In this document: piece after piece, positions 1 to 13,758 of the stretch
Numbering within the stretch: position 1 is the first letter of the stretch
Layout of the letters: the number at the start of each line of letters is the position of its first letter
Assembly (NCBI GenBank): GCA_030770535.1
Contig: JASVEC010000026.1
Location: forward strand, 186,001-250,000
Direction of reading: 5' to 3'
Length of the DNA: 64,000 nucleotides
Source: Batkoa obscura
Taxonomy: Eukaryota
Position numbers and translations under genes: made by a program
Notes under the pieces: generated by a model
Databases searched by the model: none
Told to the model about the DNA's origin: nothing
The model's input: only the letters and a program-made list of their open reading frames with translations

Positions 1-990
1 ATCAGGGCTGTAATCATACAAATATTTAACGTATTCATGTAAAAGTTACAACTAGATGACTCTAGTATTATAATGTTTGCTAAATAATGAAATCTAAAAC
101 AATGGTATTTCTTATTTGAGAAAATCGATCAGTTAGTAAAACTAGTTTATCATATTTGATATTCTTTGTTGTTAACTAGCTAATACTATAGTTTTATCTG
201 ATATAAAATATCAAAATATACTAGTTAAACCGAAAATGTACGGAACTCTTGGAATAACCTTAAAAGCAAACCAATAACTTAACACAAAGGCTGATTTATA
301 ATATTAGTAAGGGCCATAAAGCTATACAATAGTCACAACATAGCTGGTTAGGAGTTAGTTAGACACATTTTAAAGGACTGTTTAAGACCGATTTATTAGA
401 AAATATGTTGAATTTATATACCAAAAGGTCAACTTAATATTTTGAAGCATATTTACTACTGAAAATTGGACTATAGAATCGATTTCTTTGTAAAAGTCCC
501 AGGTTTAAAAGCAAATCCATCAGGCATCTTTAAAGTTGATCCAAGTTCTCATAGCTCACAACAATACAATTTCCTTTCTAAATAAATGGTATTGTTATCA
601 AAATAAAGCTCTTCCGCTTAGGGCAAGTAAGGAAAGTATAGTATGAACCAGGTTTATTTTGGATGCAAAACTTTTACAACAAAGTTATTTTTTTCTATAA
701 TTTGATAATTGTAGTCGAAAGCTAGATCTAAAATGCTATTTTTGACTGATTTCAAGTAGTAGCAGTAATAAAGATTAATAACTAAATTTAATATTTTAAA
801 TTTCTTCATTATTACATAAAGCCCTAGTATTTTACATTACACTTTCAACGTAAAATTCAGTATTTTACTAACTGTATTATCACACCTTAGTTCAGACATT
901 CTGTATTTATTTATTACCAATTCATATTAGAAAAAAATGTGTGTCATTATCACAAAATGTTTTATTAATTAAAAGAAACTGCATATAAAT

Positions 991-2385
991 TCAATAACTC
1001 CTTTTCAAAAATGAGTTACTGCTTGTTAAAAATAGAGATACGTTTTCTGGATCCGTAACGTCATCGTCAATATAAGTCAACTGCGTTCCAAATGAATCGA
1101 TGAAGCTTGTTTCCAGCATGGTACTTTTTTTTCCTGCCCATACTACTTGTTTGATATATTTAGGTGGCCTTAACTGTTTTTTCCTCCTGCTTTTTTTCCT
1201 TAGATAATAAAAATATAATAATCCACTAACTATACCTATCAACCCTATAAAACCACCGACTGATCCTCCAATGATAACTCCAATGTTTGTCTTTGTGTCT
1301 TTGTCTGGAGCATCTTTTATATACTTTTCTGTCAACTCTTTATTGCTTAACCGAATCAATTGTGTTTTATTAGAATAGTTGTCTTTTTTATTACCAAAAG
1401 AATAAATCAAATACTTTTTATAATAAACTAAACAGCCATTGTCGTAAGATTCCAATCCATCTATATTAAATTGATTGTCAATTCTTATAGTTAAAGTTGT
1501 CATATTATAAACAACATTTCCGTTCTTGCTATCAGTACCACCTAGTACGTATAACATTTCATTATTCTCTCCATAAACAGTTGAAAATTTAGACATAGCT
1601 GGAAAATTATTAGTTCCACTAAATGTATTTGGGCTACTACTTTTAGCGTCTATTGACCATGTGTTATAACTTTTTCCGTCTTGATATTTCCCCTTGCTTG
1701 TTGTACCGCCAAAGTTTTGAATAGATGACTTTAAACATACTGCTGCACCATCTACAGTAGCTGAATAAGATGTATCACTAGCTCTCCAAGCATCTTTTTC
1801 AATATTATAAATGTATATATTCTCGTTAAACTTCATAGTATTATCCTTTGATTTGTATTTACCGCTAAAATAATATAGTTCCTTTGTATTACCATTTTCA
1901 TTCGAAGTCGTAACATTAATCAAATAAGTGTTTGATAATGGCGCATTACTAACATTAATCTTGTTTTTAATTTGCTCTGAAAGTTCTTTTGATGCCTTTT
2001 TATTATTTCTCCATTTATTTGTCTTTACATTGTATATTTGAAACCCTGCTGAAACATCTGAGCTTTCACCTCCAATCATATAAATTTCATCTGAGTCTTT
2101 GTCAGGTTGTATTATACTACCATACATTGAAGGAGGTCCTTCGCTATTAACTTTGGTCCATTTTGCTTGATTCTTACCAATCATAAAATCTTCATCTGAT
2201 AAATCTAACACATATACGTCTTTACTCAATGATACTTTATTATCATTATCTTGTATCGAGCCACCTAAATAATAAACTTTATCCTTGACTAAGGCACAAT
2301 TTCCACCTGATATCCTTGGGGCATTTTGAGCTGTATAACTAGAACTATAAATAAATAAAGAGAAGAATATCAACCAAATTAGCAT
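991..2385 (-). CDS. Kelch/galactose-oxidase-like beta-propeller single-pass membrane protein
   Basis: N-terminal hydrophobic signal peptide; kelch-type GG motifs (VYYLGG, IYMIGG, QNFGG, LYVLGG) with W-ending blades; TM helix IGVIIGGSVGGFIGLIGIVSGLLYFYYL followed by a basic stop-transfer stretch. Coding region intronless. Confidence 0.8.
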   Translation of the reverse strand: MLIWLIFFSLFIYSSSYTAQNAPRISGGNCALVKDKVYYLGGSIQDNDNKVSLSKDVYVLDLSDEDFMIGKNQAKWTKVNSEGPPSMYGSIIQPDKDSDEIYMIGGESSDVSAGFQIYNVKTNKWRNNKKASKELSEQIKNKINVSNAPLSNTYLINVTTSNENGNTKELYYFSGKYKSKDNTMKFNENIYIYNIEKDAWRASDTSYSATVDGAAVCLKSSIQNFGGTTSKGKYQDGKSYNTWSIDAKSSSPNTFSGTNNFPAMSKFSTVYGENNEMLYVLGGTDSKNGNVVYNMTTLTIRIDNQFNIDGLESYDNGCLVYYKKYLIYSFGNKKDNYSNKTQLIRLSNKELTEKYIKDAPDKDTKTNIGVIIGGSVGGFIGLIGIVSGLLYFYYLRKKSRRKKQLRPPKYIKQVVWAGKKSTMLETSFIDSFGTQLTYIDDDVTDPENVSLFLTSSNSFLKRSY

Positions 2386-2881
2386 AGTGAACTTGGTTAT
2401 TAAAAAGTTTAGTCAATTTCTGGAATCAGATCTATAAACAAAATTAATAAATGTTACACTAAGATACCTTGATCCTAAATTAACCTGGTTATCTTTAGAA
2501 TTCCAATTCCCATTTTGAAAGAATAATTCAATTAAAAGTTACTCTATTGGGTTTTCGAATTTTGAGATTTAGATTCTATAAACACGATTGGTTCTTATTG
2601 AAGTTTCGATATTTTTAGTGTTTTATTGTAATGTATAAACTTGATATATTTGATTATTTATAACAAAATAAATTTGAAATAAATTTGATACAACTCTTTA
2701 CATTTTCTATTACGCAATAATTTAAATTTCCTTAGTATATAATCATACTAAATATAAATGCTTAATAAACATGCTATTAATTTAATCCATATATCAAAAG
2801 TTCTAAACTACCATAATATTCCTCTTTTATTGAATATTTTGTCACATGAATTGTTTTTTTAAACACTTTGATTCAATATAT

Positions 2882-2977
2882 GTGAGTGTTTTTTTGGTTT
2901 CATCACTTTTTCCATTTTTAAATACTATTTGAGTAAAAAATTGTTGGTAAAATTCTTAAACACAAAAATACGTTCTC
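2882..2977 (-). mobile_element. ~97-bp MITE copy 1 (Sola-like family)
   Basis: Matches the 13-copy consensus; ATAT on both flanks. Confidence 0.85.
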
Positions 2978-4326
2978 ATATACTATGATGGCATGAAACT
3001 ATTGATTACATTTATAAAAACTGTTATTAACTCTAGATTTTTTTGATTTGTTTAATAAAACTAGTCGATATTTATGATGATTTAAAATATATATTTAACA
3101 AAAAGCATAGGAATTAAGGGCTGCTGCTAGATTTGAGATTAAACTTACAACAATGATTGTTCCTTAGTAATTTAATTTTATATTATTTATAGTATTGTAA
3201 TTGATATTTATAGCTAAAAACATAAAAATAAGCTTAAACGCCAAGATACTTTATTATTAGAAAGTAGTAATATATATAAATAATTGTAGCAGATGTAGAT
3301 TAATGATTGAAAAATAAACAATTTCAATATAGTAACAATTGAGTTTATTTATAATCAAACGATAATCTATTTAAAGTGCAAAATTTGAATATAAAATTTT
3401 AAACCTATTTTTAACTTCTAAGATTATTTAAAAATAGATTGATTATCGGAGAATTACTTTGTTCCAGAATCAATGTGGCCTTGGGCAAAATTTTTCGCTT
3501 TAAATAAAATTTTTGATAACTTCTGTGCCTTAATTCTAAATAATAGTTAAAAGAAAATTAACCCCGGTTTATTTAAATAATTTTAATTTTAATTCAACAG
3601 TGGCGGACTTCTTAAGAGCAAAAATGTTAAAATAGATTGTTTATATACTATTATAATCGAATTACCTGAGAATAACTTTAGTTATACATTTGTGAAATAA
3701 AAACAAAGTAATTAATTGGATTAAAGATGATTTAATCTATAAGCTTTGGATCAAGGAGACTGATATTAATATGTTAACCACTTTTGAAAATTTTATTTGA
3801 AAAATCATTTATTTTTAGAGGTTTTAATTACCATAAATTAGAAACTAATTGGCTACATTAATAAAGCAATGAATTGAGCCATTTAATTGGCTAGGCCTCG
3901 ATTAAGTTCTAATTCTTTAAGAAAGTCAGAAACCAAGAATCACTTGAATTTTATCTAAATTTAGGAATCCCTCTAAGTGGTGAATCTATTTTTACAACTA
4001 GGTAATCCCGTAGAAAATTTAATAAGGAGTAATTATTTAAATAAAAGTAAAAATAGTTTAATTAAGGCCTTAAGTTCTTTTTCTTGTAAATAACTTTAAA
4101 AAAGAGAGAAACTTTAGCATCTTTAATATATATTCCTTTTGCTAATTAATATAGATTCTCTTAGTTTTTAATATAGTATATTATAATTTAATTTTTTATC
4201 AACTATTTTAAATCTATTCTATTCGTTATTTGCTATAAGGTGATATTTAAATAGCTTAATTTAATAAATAGGAAGATTAACCTTTGCTATTCTTAGTTAA
4301 TTTAAATATTTCAACAATCTATTAAT

Positions 4327-7300
4327 ATGGGTGACTCGTATCCAGATCAAGGTGACTTACTTCACCTTTCAAGCGACGATAGTGGAAGTATTGCTAGTTA
4401 TCTCTTAAACCGTTTAGACCAGCAAGACACTCCTTATAGTTCCATTGGAAACTCTGTATTAATAAACTTAAACCCTGGAAAGGCACTGCAAATTTATAAT
4501 GACGATATCGCTGAATTGCACGCTGAACAAGGTTACAAAAATTTCGATGACTCTTTTGAGCCCCTACCACCACATATCTTTGGCTTAGCTACCAAAGCTT
4601 ACCTTCATCTCAGACGTCTCGGTGAAGATCAGAGTTTTGTATTTTGGTATTTAAATATTTATTATTATTGAAATAGGAACTAACTCCTTTTTAGTGGAGC
4701 AACCAACAGTGGAAAAAGTGAAAACTATAAGCTAGTGTTAAACCAATTATGCCGTTTAGCAGCCAACCCTAAAAAACCATCTAAAATCGATGAGCAATTA
4801 GCTAACCTTGGTACTGTGATGGAAGCTTTTGGAAACGCAGCTACTATTCACAACAAAAATTCAACCCGATTTGGTAAATTTCAAGAAATCCAATTTAATG
4901 CTCGTGGTCGTATCATCGGTATCAAAACTTTAACTTACTTCCTTGATAAATCAAGAGTAGTACAAACGCCAACTGGCGAAAGATCTTTCCATGTATTTTA
5001 TCAACTCCTTCATGGTGCTTCTGCTGAAGAAAGAGAAGCTTTATATTTGGGTCCACCTAGTACTCAAAACTTCAATTATCTCATAAACTCTGGAAATAAT
5101 TTAATTACTTCTCACGATGATAAGGCTAACTTTGGTTACTTGACGGAGTCAATGAAAGGCGTCGGATTAAAGAGTAAAGCTCGTGCTAAGATCTTCCAAA
5201 CAATAGCTTCCATCTTACATTTGGGTAACTTGAGCTTTGTTAAACATTCTGAAGGTGAGACATGTGCCGTTTCAAACGTAGATGTGCTTGATGTTGTATC
5301 TGACCTCCTTGGAGTTGAACCTCAAGATTTGGAAACTGCTTTGACTACTCGATCTCAAATGGTCGGTAAAGAGTTATGTACTGTTTTCTTAGATGTCGGT
5401 CAAGCTCAAGGTCTACGTGATCTTCTCTCAACCTTATTGTATTCCTTACTCTTTTCATGGATCATCGAAGCTGTCAATTCTCGTTTTTGTGAAGAGGAAC
5501 CAGCCAATTTCATTGCTCTGTTAGATCAATTTGGTTTCCAATCTTATCAAACTAATTTCTTTGAACAATTTTGTATCAATTTCTCCAATGAAAGAATCCA
5601 TCAATTTACCATTGAAAGACTAATTTCCCCACATCACGGATTTAAAATTGCTTTGATGCAAGATGGTATCCAACTTCCTGTAACCTCTGTTCCTAAATTT
5701 ATCTCAGCAGGTACTCTTTTAGCAGGTGAAGATGGTGAAGCCGGTTTAGTAAAAGCCATCAATCAGCATTCTGGAAAAACTGAAGCTCGTAGAACCGATG
5801 ACAAATTACTTTCCTCTCTTCGTCGTTCTTTTGGAGATTTCCCAGAATTCATTTCAGAGCCAAATAACACTTCGAGTTTCACAATTCGTCACTTTGCAGG
5901 TAGTGTAGATTACACATTAGACGATTTTGTTGAAGTTAATCTTGATGGAATTCCACCTGATTTTGTTACTTTATTCCGTAATCCAGATGGTACAAATGCT
6001 TCAGGAAATGGATTCATTGGCGAACTTTTTAGTTCTGAAGCAGTACAAACTCAAAGCCATCCTCAAAATCAACGTACCATTGTTTCTGCACAACAACCAA
6101 CTGCTCCAATGCGTCAACCATCAAGAAAACATAAAAAGAAGCTATCGGAGGGTAATACTGAAGAAGGTTCTTTTAAAGTTAATACTATCCTTAAACAGAT
6201 CAACTACACGCTTAATGATTTGTTTGCTACTCTTGATGATACTCGTATTTGGACAGTTATCAACATCGCTCCATTTGACAGTGAACCTGGCCATGTTATG
6301 CCAAGTTATAATCTTTCCAAAGTTGCTCACCAAGTTGAAAGTTTTTCATTACCATTATTAATGGATCATCTAGGACTTGATTTCGGTAATCATTTTACCT
6401 ATGAAGAGTTTATCGAAAGATATGAGTTGGTAGCACGCTCAATGAATTTAGATCCAAACCGCTCACCAAGGCAACAAGTGGAATCTTTTGCTACCATTTC
6501 AGGATGGGCTTCTGGAACTGAGTTTGTTTTAGGAAATAGCAAAATATTTATCAATGAATCAAAATGGAAAGATTTAGAAGACTCATTAAGAGTTTCTTTA
6601 CGTGATGTTAAATCCGGTGCTATTTCTACTCCAAAACCTGGATTCTTAGGAAATGACGATAACGATTCATTATATTCAGGATATGACGGTGGTAATGTTG
6701 GTAGATTAGGACACAACATTGAAAGTGTTTATGTTGATGATGTAAACAATAACGTTCATCGTGCTGTTGGTGAATCAATAAACCAAGGGTATGGTCACTA
6801 TGGTGAAAAAGAATTACCAATGTCAAAAGACATTTCTGATAGTATTAATGAAAAAGGACAAGGCCATGAACTTTCGAACTTAGGCGAAGTTAAAGCTAAG
6901 AAGCCAAAAAAAGTAGAAGAAATTAAACTCTCTCCTACTAGAAAACGTTGGGTAAAACTTACTTGGATGCTTACTTGGATGATCCCTACTTGCTGTATGA
7001 CAAGATGTGGTATCACTCGACCAGACGTACAAATGGCATGGAGAGAAAAGGTGGCCATCTGTATCCTTATTGTTTGGTTATGGATTGTTATTTTATTTGT
7101 TAATATTGGATTGGGTTTGATCTTATGTCCTCCAAACCCTGGTCATGAAGAAGTTGAACTTCAAAAAGCTGGCCCGGATAAGAAACATGTTATTATTTAT
7201 ATGTACGGAAAAGAATATGATGTTAAAGATTATTTCAATGGTATTCACGGAGCAAGTACTAATAGACCTCAAGGTTACAGCTATGGTGATCAAATTCAAC

Positions 7301-9780
7301 CTATGATTGAAAGGTTGAACCAAAATATGCTTGATCTTTTTCCTAAGGATGTTACACTGTATTGTAAAACTAACAGTGATAAAACCTTTTATTTCCCCCA
7401 TAATAAAACAGAAGATGGCTCCCGTTTTGAACCTCCTGAGCGACACCTGCTTAGTAGTTACGATGATATTAAAAGGGTTATGAATAGAATTAAACCGTTT
7501 ATACGTGGTTCAGTGTTCCATGACATGGAGCGTATTACTGGTGCTACAAAAAATGGAACTGGAAATTATGGGGTAATTAATGGAAAAGTGTATGAGCTTT
7601 CTCCATATTTTAGATACCTTGAAGATCCGTTTTCGGGACAAGGCCTTAAAGCAGAGGATAAACTATTCCTCCCAGTTGACCTTACTAACTATTTTAACGC
7701 TACAGAACCTATTCAAAAGGGTGGAACGGTTGACTTTACACAAGCATTTGACAAAATCGCTGGAACTAGTGGCAGCTATAGAGATCAATTATTACTTTGT
7801 TTAGATAATATATTTTATGTTGGTACAGTAGATATAAGGAAAGCCCCCCGTTGTCTAATCACAAATTATATTTTGATTGCTTCCAGTGGTATTGTAATTT
7901 TGGTTACGTTGATTAAATTCTTTGCAGCTTTACAATTTGGTGGTAAAAGAGTACCCATGGAATATGACAAATTTGTTATTATGCAAGTCCCATGTTATAC
8001 AGAAGGTGATGATTCTATTAAAAAGACATTAGAATCTTTAGCATTGACAGATTATGATGATAAGCATAAATTGCTATTTGTGATATCGGATGGTATGCTT
8101 ATAGGTAGTGGTAACGATAAGCCTACTCCACGTATTGTTTGTGATGTACTTGGTGTTGATCCAGAGCATGATCCAGAACCTTTTGCCTTCCAATCGGTAG
8201 CTGAAGGTTCCAAACAGCTGAATTATGGTAAGGTGTTTTCTGGCCTTTATGAATGTGAGGGTAGACAAGTACCTTACATTGTTGTTGCTAAAGTTGGTAG
8301 CCCATCTGAAAAATCGCGCCCTGGCAATCGTGGTAAACGTGATTCACAAATTGTATTGATGAATTTCTTAAATCGTGTTCACTTTGATTCACCAATGGCC
8401 CCATTAGAATTAGAGATTTATCATCAAATGAAGAATGTGATTGGTGTCGACCCTAAACTTTATGAGTTTATTCTTATGGTGGATGCAGATACTGAGGTAA
8501 TGGAAGACTCAATGACCCGATTAATCTCAGTAATGATCAGAGACTCAGCTATTATGGGATTATGTGGTGAAACTAAATTATCTAATGAAAATGACAGTAT
8601 GACAACTATGATTCAAGTTTACGAATATTATATTTCCCATCATCTTGCTAAAGCTTTTGAGTCTTTGTTCGGCTCAGTAACTTGTTTACCAGGTTGTTTT
8701 TCAATGTATCGTATCCGTACTGTAAGTGGCAAACCACTTATTATCAATAATGGTATTATCAGTGATTATTCTGTAAATCGAGTTGATACCTTACATACCA
8801 AGAATCTGTTACATTTAGGTGAAGATCGTTATTTGACTACTCTAATGTTAAAGCATTTCCCTCAATATAAGCTTAAGTTTACTCCTGATGCTCAATGTAA
8901 AACTGTAGCACCTGATCAATTCGAAGTTTTAATGTCTCAACGTCGTAGATGGATTAATTCAACAATTCATAATTTATTTGAGTTGATATTTTTGGAGCAA
9001 ATGTGTGGGTTCTGTTGTTTCTCAATGAGATTTGTTGTATTTTTAGATTTAGTTGGTACCATTATCTTACCATCAACTGTCATATATTTAGTTTACATTA
9101 TTATCGCTGCTTCAGTTAAATTCCAAACCTTTGATGACTATGCAATTGTTATGATGGTGGCCTCTTATGTACTTCAAGCGCTTATCTTCTTACTTAAACT
9201 CCAATGGCAACACATTGGTTGGATGATCTTCTATATCGTTGGTATTCCTTTCTTTTCATTTTACTTACCAATCTACTCTTATTGGCACTTTGATGATTTC
9301 TCATGGGGTAACACTCGTGTTGTCGTTGGCGATGGTGTCCAAAAAGTGATAACTGAAGATGAAGAAGAGTTTGATCCAGATTCCATTCCAATGATGAAGT
9401 GGTCTGATTATGAGCAAAAGCTTTGGGAAACCGGTTCCCAAGGTTCAGGTTCCTCGAATCAGCCTTTAGCTATGGCCCCTCAAGTAGGTTATGGTCATAG
9501 TAATGGAGAATTTATAGGTGGCTTAAATCCTAATTTGTATGGACGCGCTTCTCCTACGCCTTCCCAAGGCCTTTTATCTAGAGTCGCTTCCCCTTCCCCT
9601 TATCAAAATCAACAACCTGGATCAAACAATTCATTAAATAGAATGACACAAATGTCTTATCAAGTACCTCCTAATCAACAGTATGGTGGCGGGGGCTACC
9701 TTCATCCAATGAGTCAAGATCCAAGAGCGTCTCAATTTAATAACGCTTATTCAACTCAAGGTTATAACCAAAAACAGTAA
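4327..9780 (+). CDS. Myosin-motor-domain chitin synthase (class V/VII)
   Basis: Removing intron 4647-4694 (GT..AG) joins the two ORFs and restores P-loop GATNSGKS. Myosin motifs EAFGNA, NSTRFGK, EQFCINFSNE, HFAGSVDY; cytochrome-b5-like segments; CHS motifs VDADT, GEDRYL, QRRRWINS; C-terminal TM helices. Confidence 0.97.
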
Positions 9781-10488
9781 ATATGATTAGCCATATTAAC
9801 TGTTAATTGTTATAATTGAAACTGTTTGTAAAATCAACTATCTCTTATTATATTTTCATTCATTTGAATAAATTGTTTTAATATTAAATTAAGCATTATG
9901 CTATTTTCTGTAAAAAAAAATTTAATTCTTGAAAGAGTTAAAAGAACACTCAAGTAGTTTATTTATGAACAAAAAACTAAGAGAAAATAGTGTAAGTGTT
10001 AAAGGTGACAAGTAATCAAAAAATTACTATGTTAAAGGGAGCACTTCTAGCTCACAAACCCTCTATTTTAAACTGAGATAAGTTGTATTGAACTGGCTTT
10101 AGTTCAGTCATATTTAGGTTAAGTCAAACATGAAAAGTATCATATTTATGTCTATTGGGTTTGGTATTTTAAGACATTGTCTTTATAGCTTTATCGTAAA
10201 ACGATAAAAAAAATACTCATCATTTATTAGCACAAGATTCAATCAAATATTTCTTGCAATTATTTTAAAAAAAGTTCTTATAAGAACTTAAAGAAAAGTA
10301 TGGAAATTATAAACATTTTAAGAAGCCAAATTAGGGGATTAGATTATTTATTTTAATTTTTATAATAAATATTTTAATAATTTAATTAAAACTGATAGTT
10401 ACAAAACATTCAAAAAATTTCGATGCTGTTTAAAAGCTTACACTCAAGAAAACTCAATCCGTTATTTCTTTAACATATTAAAAAATCG

Positions 10489-11904
10489 ATGTTAAAATAT
10501 AAGTTTAATTTGATAGCAAACTCGATTAATAAAAAAAACGTATTGAATCTAAACATTAGATTTTTACATACTCCGTTATTAGAATACAAATTAAAGACGT
10601 CCCACCAATCCCAAGACTTAAAGCTGAGATGTAAAGATTTAAGTATGAGTTGAAGTGATTAACTCAAACTTCTATTTAGGTACTGAGTTCGACAGAAATG
10701 GAGGTGTAAAAGAGATTTCAAGAGAATTTTCGAAAGCGGAAATATGTAATAAGGTAAACTATTTAAAGTAAATTTTTAAAGACAAATTTATTAATTAAAT
10801 ATACAGCATAGTCTTCAGGTAAATTAGAATTCGAAATTTAAAATAAAGAGTGATTTAATTATTCATACAAAATTAATTAGCCAAGAGACTTAAGAAAGGT
10901 AATTGCTTTAAGAAACGATTTTAGTCATAGCTTATGGAATTAGATAGATTCCACGTATTTAAATCAAATGCCAGGGATATTGGTAAGAGAAAAGGCAATC
11001 TTAGTGAATATGTTACATATAAAAGCAATTGTCAAAGCAGACTCAGTGGTCGTATTTGATTCCTTCGGTTCTGTGAACTCTTTAAATCAATCCTTATTTA
11101 TTTATGACTTGCAAGAGAGATTGAGATCAAAATCAAGCTATTCCATGGCTACTCCTTTAGAATTTAGGTAAACCAAAAGGACACTTTTAGTCTTTAAAAT
11201 TAATTTTTTCACCAATTTCATCTAGAGCTTTGGAAGCCATCTTAGTAAGTGTAGCAAGTAGCTTAAACCAAGAGATGGAAACTACGGTTCAAACGGTTAC
11301 GTCATTGCTTATCCAATTGGAAGATGATATCAATCGTGAACTTTTGAAAAGGTTATTAGATGTTTCAAAGAAGTTGGCTCACTTTGACCAAAAAGTGTTA
11401 ACTATTCGAAGAGCTATTATTGAAGTATTAGATCAAGGTAAAAATATTGTTGTTTTATTGTAGTCAAGTATTAATTTTTTTATTTAAGATGAGGATTTAG
11501 CAGCGATGTATTTAACTTCTAAATTAAAAGGAGAACCTAGATCCATTCATCAACATGAAGAGATAGAAATGTTGTTAGAAACTTATTGCAAGCAGGTAGA
11601 AGAAATTGCAAATATAATATCACAGTTATCTAACAATGTAAAATCAACAGAAGATATTGTCAACATTATATTAGATAGTCAACGAAATTCTTTGTTGTTA
11701 TTAGAGTTAAGGGTAGCTATTTTAACTTTGGGGTTGACCTTTTCTTCCCTTATTGCTGCTCTATTCGGCATGAATTTAAAAAATTACTTTGAGTTAAACG
11801 ATTTCATGTTTTACATTGTTACCTTATCCGCATTCCTTACTTCAGCCATTATTACCAAAACTTTTTTGAGAAGAATGAATTTATTGTTAAAATTACACAA
11901 TTAA
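10489..11904 (+). CDS. MRS2: Mitochondrial CorA-family Mg2+ transporter (Mrs2/Lpe10-like)
   Basis: Splicing introns 10631-10679, 10754-10806, 10819-10880, 10899-10943, 11168-11225 and 11438-11488 gives LRCTEFD...HSLQPRDLRKID, EFRALEAIL, DEDLAAMYLT, LDSQRNSLL and the FGMNL signature between two TM helices; basic presequence-like N-terminus. Confidence 0.92.
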
Positions 11905-11966
11905 ATGTTAGAGTACTAATAACTTAAATATAATGTTTTAATATGAACATTTTTTATTCTTACATT

Positions 11967-12980
11967 TTAGAATTTAATTAATCTTATTTTACTTGGATCT
12001 TGTGGATCAAATTGAATTAATTTACTACTATTTAATAATGTGATGAATGGCTCATACTCTTGTTTATATGTCTTAGTATGTAATGGTTCGGGGATTTGAT
12101 AATAAACATTTGGGTCATTAACTGCATTGTTCATCAATTCCTACTTATTAGTTACTATCATTAAACTATTTAGTTTGACTTACTTCTAATATTTTCTTCA
12201 ACGAGTTTGGAGGTACCTCTTTTTTATTTGAAGTAATAAGCTTATTCTAATAAAATAGAACTTAGCCAACTTTAAAAATGTTTTAATCATATAAACTTAC
12301 AATCTTGGGTTGCTTGGCTGGATAGTATTTATCTATAAACTTATTTAGACCTAAAAATAAATTATTTGCTTGAGCTTTTTTCTTATTCATTTCTTTTAAA
12401 TGCCCGCTACTCCCAGCCTCTTTACTTTCATTTTTTTTCTTTATGGCTTCTAAAACTTCTTTGATCTCTTGCAACCTAACTTCATTATGATTGATTTCCT
12501 CTTCGCCCTTTTTAATTTGATACTGAAGTTCCACAATAGCTTGTTTCTTCTGGGATATTTCGTTTTGAATATAATTCTGGGTGTAAATTTGATTTATTAT
12601 AGGATCTTTTTCAAATACGGTTTTGGGTAAATCTTCCTTTAGACTTTCTATTTCCTGTTTTAATAAGTCCCTTTCATAGATCATCATCTCTAGACTTGCT
12701 TCTTCCATGTTATCGTTATCTATTTTTTCTCTTTTACTTGTTGTTTCTTGACTTTCTTGTGTCTCTTTCTTCTCGAACTCTTCATATTCCTTGATTAATT
12801 CATGTAGCTAAAAAATGAGTTTTAAATTTTATACCGGTTTATAAAAGCTACCTTATATAACTCTTTCCACTTGGTTTCACATCGTTGATTTAATAATTTA
12901 ATACTTTTTTCATATTCTTCTTCAGTTACCGGCTCTTTTTCTTCATAACCTCTTTCCTCCTTATTATATTTCAAATCCAT
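11967..12980 (-). CDS. Centromere protein K (CENP-K)-like coiled-coil protein
   Basis: Multi-exon ORF starting MDLKYNKEE; long coiled coil; C-terminus ELMNNAVNDPNVYY...EPFITLLNSSKLIQFDPQDPSKIRLIKF* resembles the CENP-K C-terminal DP..Y..P.V.LL....HP.DP..IRL..F pattern, as recalled. Confidence 0.65.
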
Positions 12981-13082
12981 AATTTTTTAAATAAAAAAGT
13001 TAAATTGCAAATTTATGTTAGTTTATTATCATATTCCAAAAAATTTCAATTTTTTTAGTTTAGTTCTTTTATAAAAACTAAA

Positions 13083-13440
13083 ATGAAATATAGCATGTAA
13101 AACTTTAGTCTATTTTAATATCATTTACTTATTTATTAGAGAGTTACAAATCCCTTTTCATGACCATGGTTTATCCCATCAAGCCCTACAAGTTATATCT
13201 GTAGACAAGGAATTAAGAGACAAGGAAATTCAAAGGATACTGGCTATAGACGAAGCCAATCCACAAATTTTAAAAGCGTAAGTGAAGCTATTCTTTTTAA
13301 AAAAATAAGGAAATTAACTCATTTGTTATAGTAAGTTTAGTTCTAACTCCAAAAAGATGTTAAGAGTTTCTATCAACTCTTTTTTAGATTTATTAATGCT
13401 TATAAGAGAAACACAGTCTGCTTTTATTATTTCAGATTAA
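13083..13440 (+). CDS. PCC1: KEOPS/EKC complex subunit Pcc1/LAGE3
   Basis: Three-exon ORF absent from the ORF track: MKYSIELQIPFHDHGLSHQALQVISVDKEL...KFSSNSKKMLRVSINSFLDLLML; the IPF, VDKEL and LRVSINSFL motifs are typical. Confidence 0.88.
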
Positions 13441-13758
13441 TTAAACTATTATCTATATAGCTATTTTTGCTTACTTGTTTTTAATAGTATATCTAAAATC
13501 TTCATAGTATCTACTACTAAATTTAAATAAAATAAATAGTTCATTAATTTTAAAGCAATCACATTAGTTAATATAATTGGAATTTGATTAAAGTAATTAA
13601 ACATAATAACTTTTCATCTTTATAATTATCATAGTTGAAAGAAAGCAACTATTTTAAATTATTGCTATTAAATATGACTTTAAACTTACAGAATAAAACT
13701 TAAATCCCATTTATTCAAAATCTTCTTTCTACTTATACTTATTCTATAAAACTTTATT

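Noticed and set aside
240..660. Possible piggyBac-like relic (YFDN on the minus strand)
   Set aside because: Single four-residue match with stops; unsupported.
5927..9391. Short alternative-frame and antisense ORFs within the chitin synthase
   Set aside because: Shadow ORFs of a long coding sequence, with no motifs.
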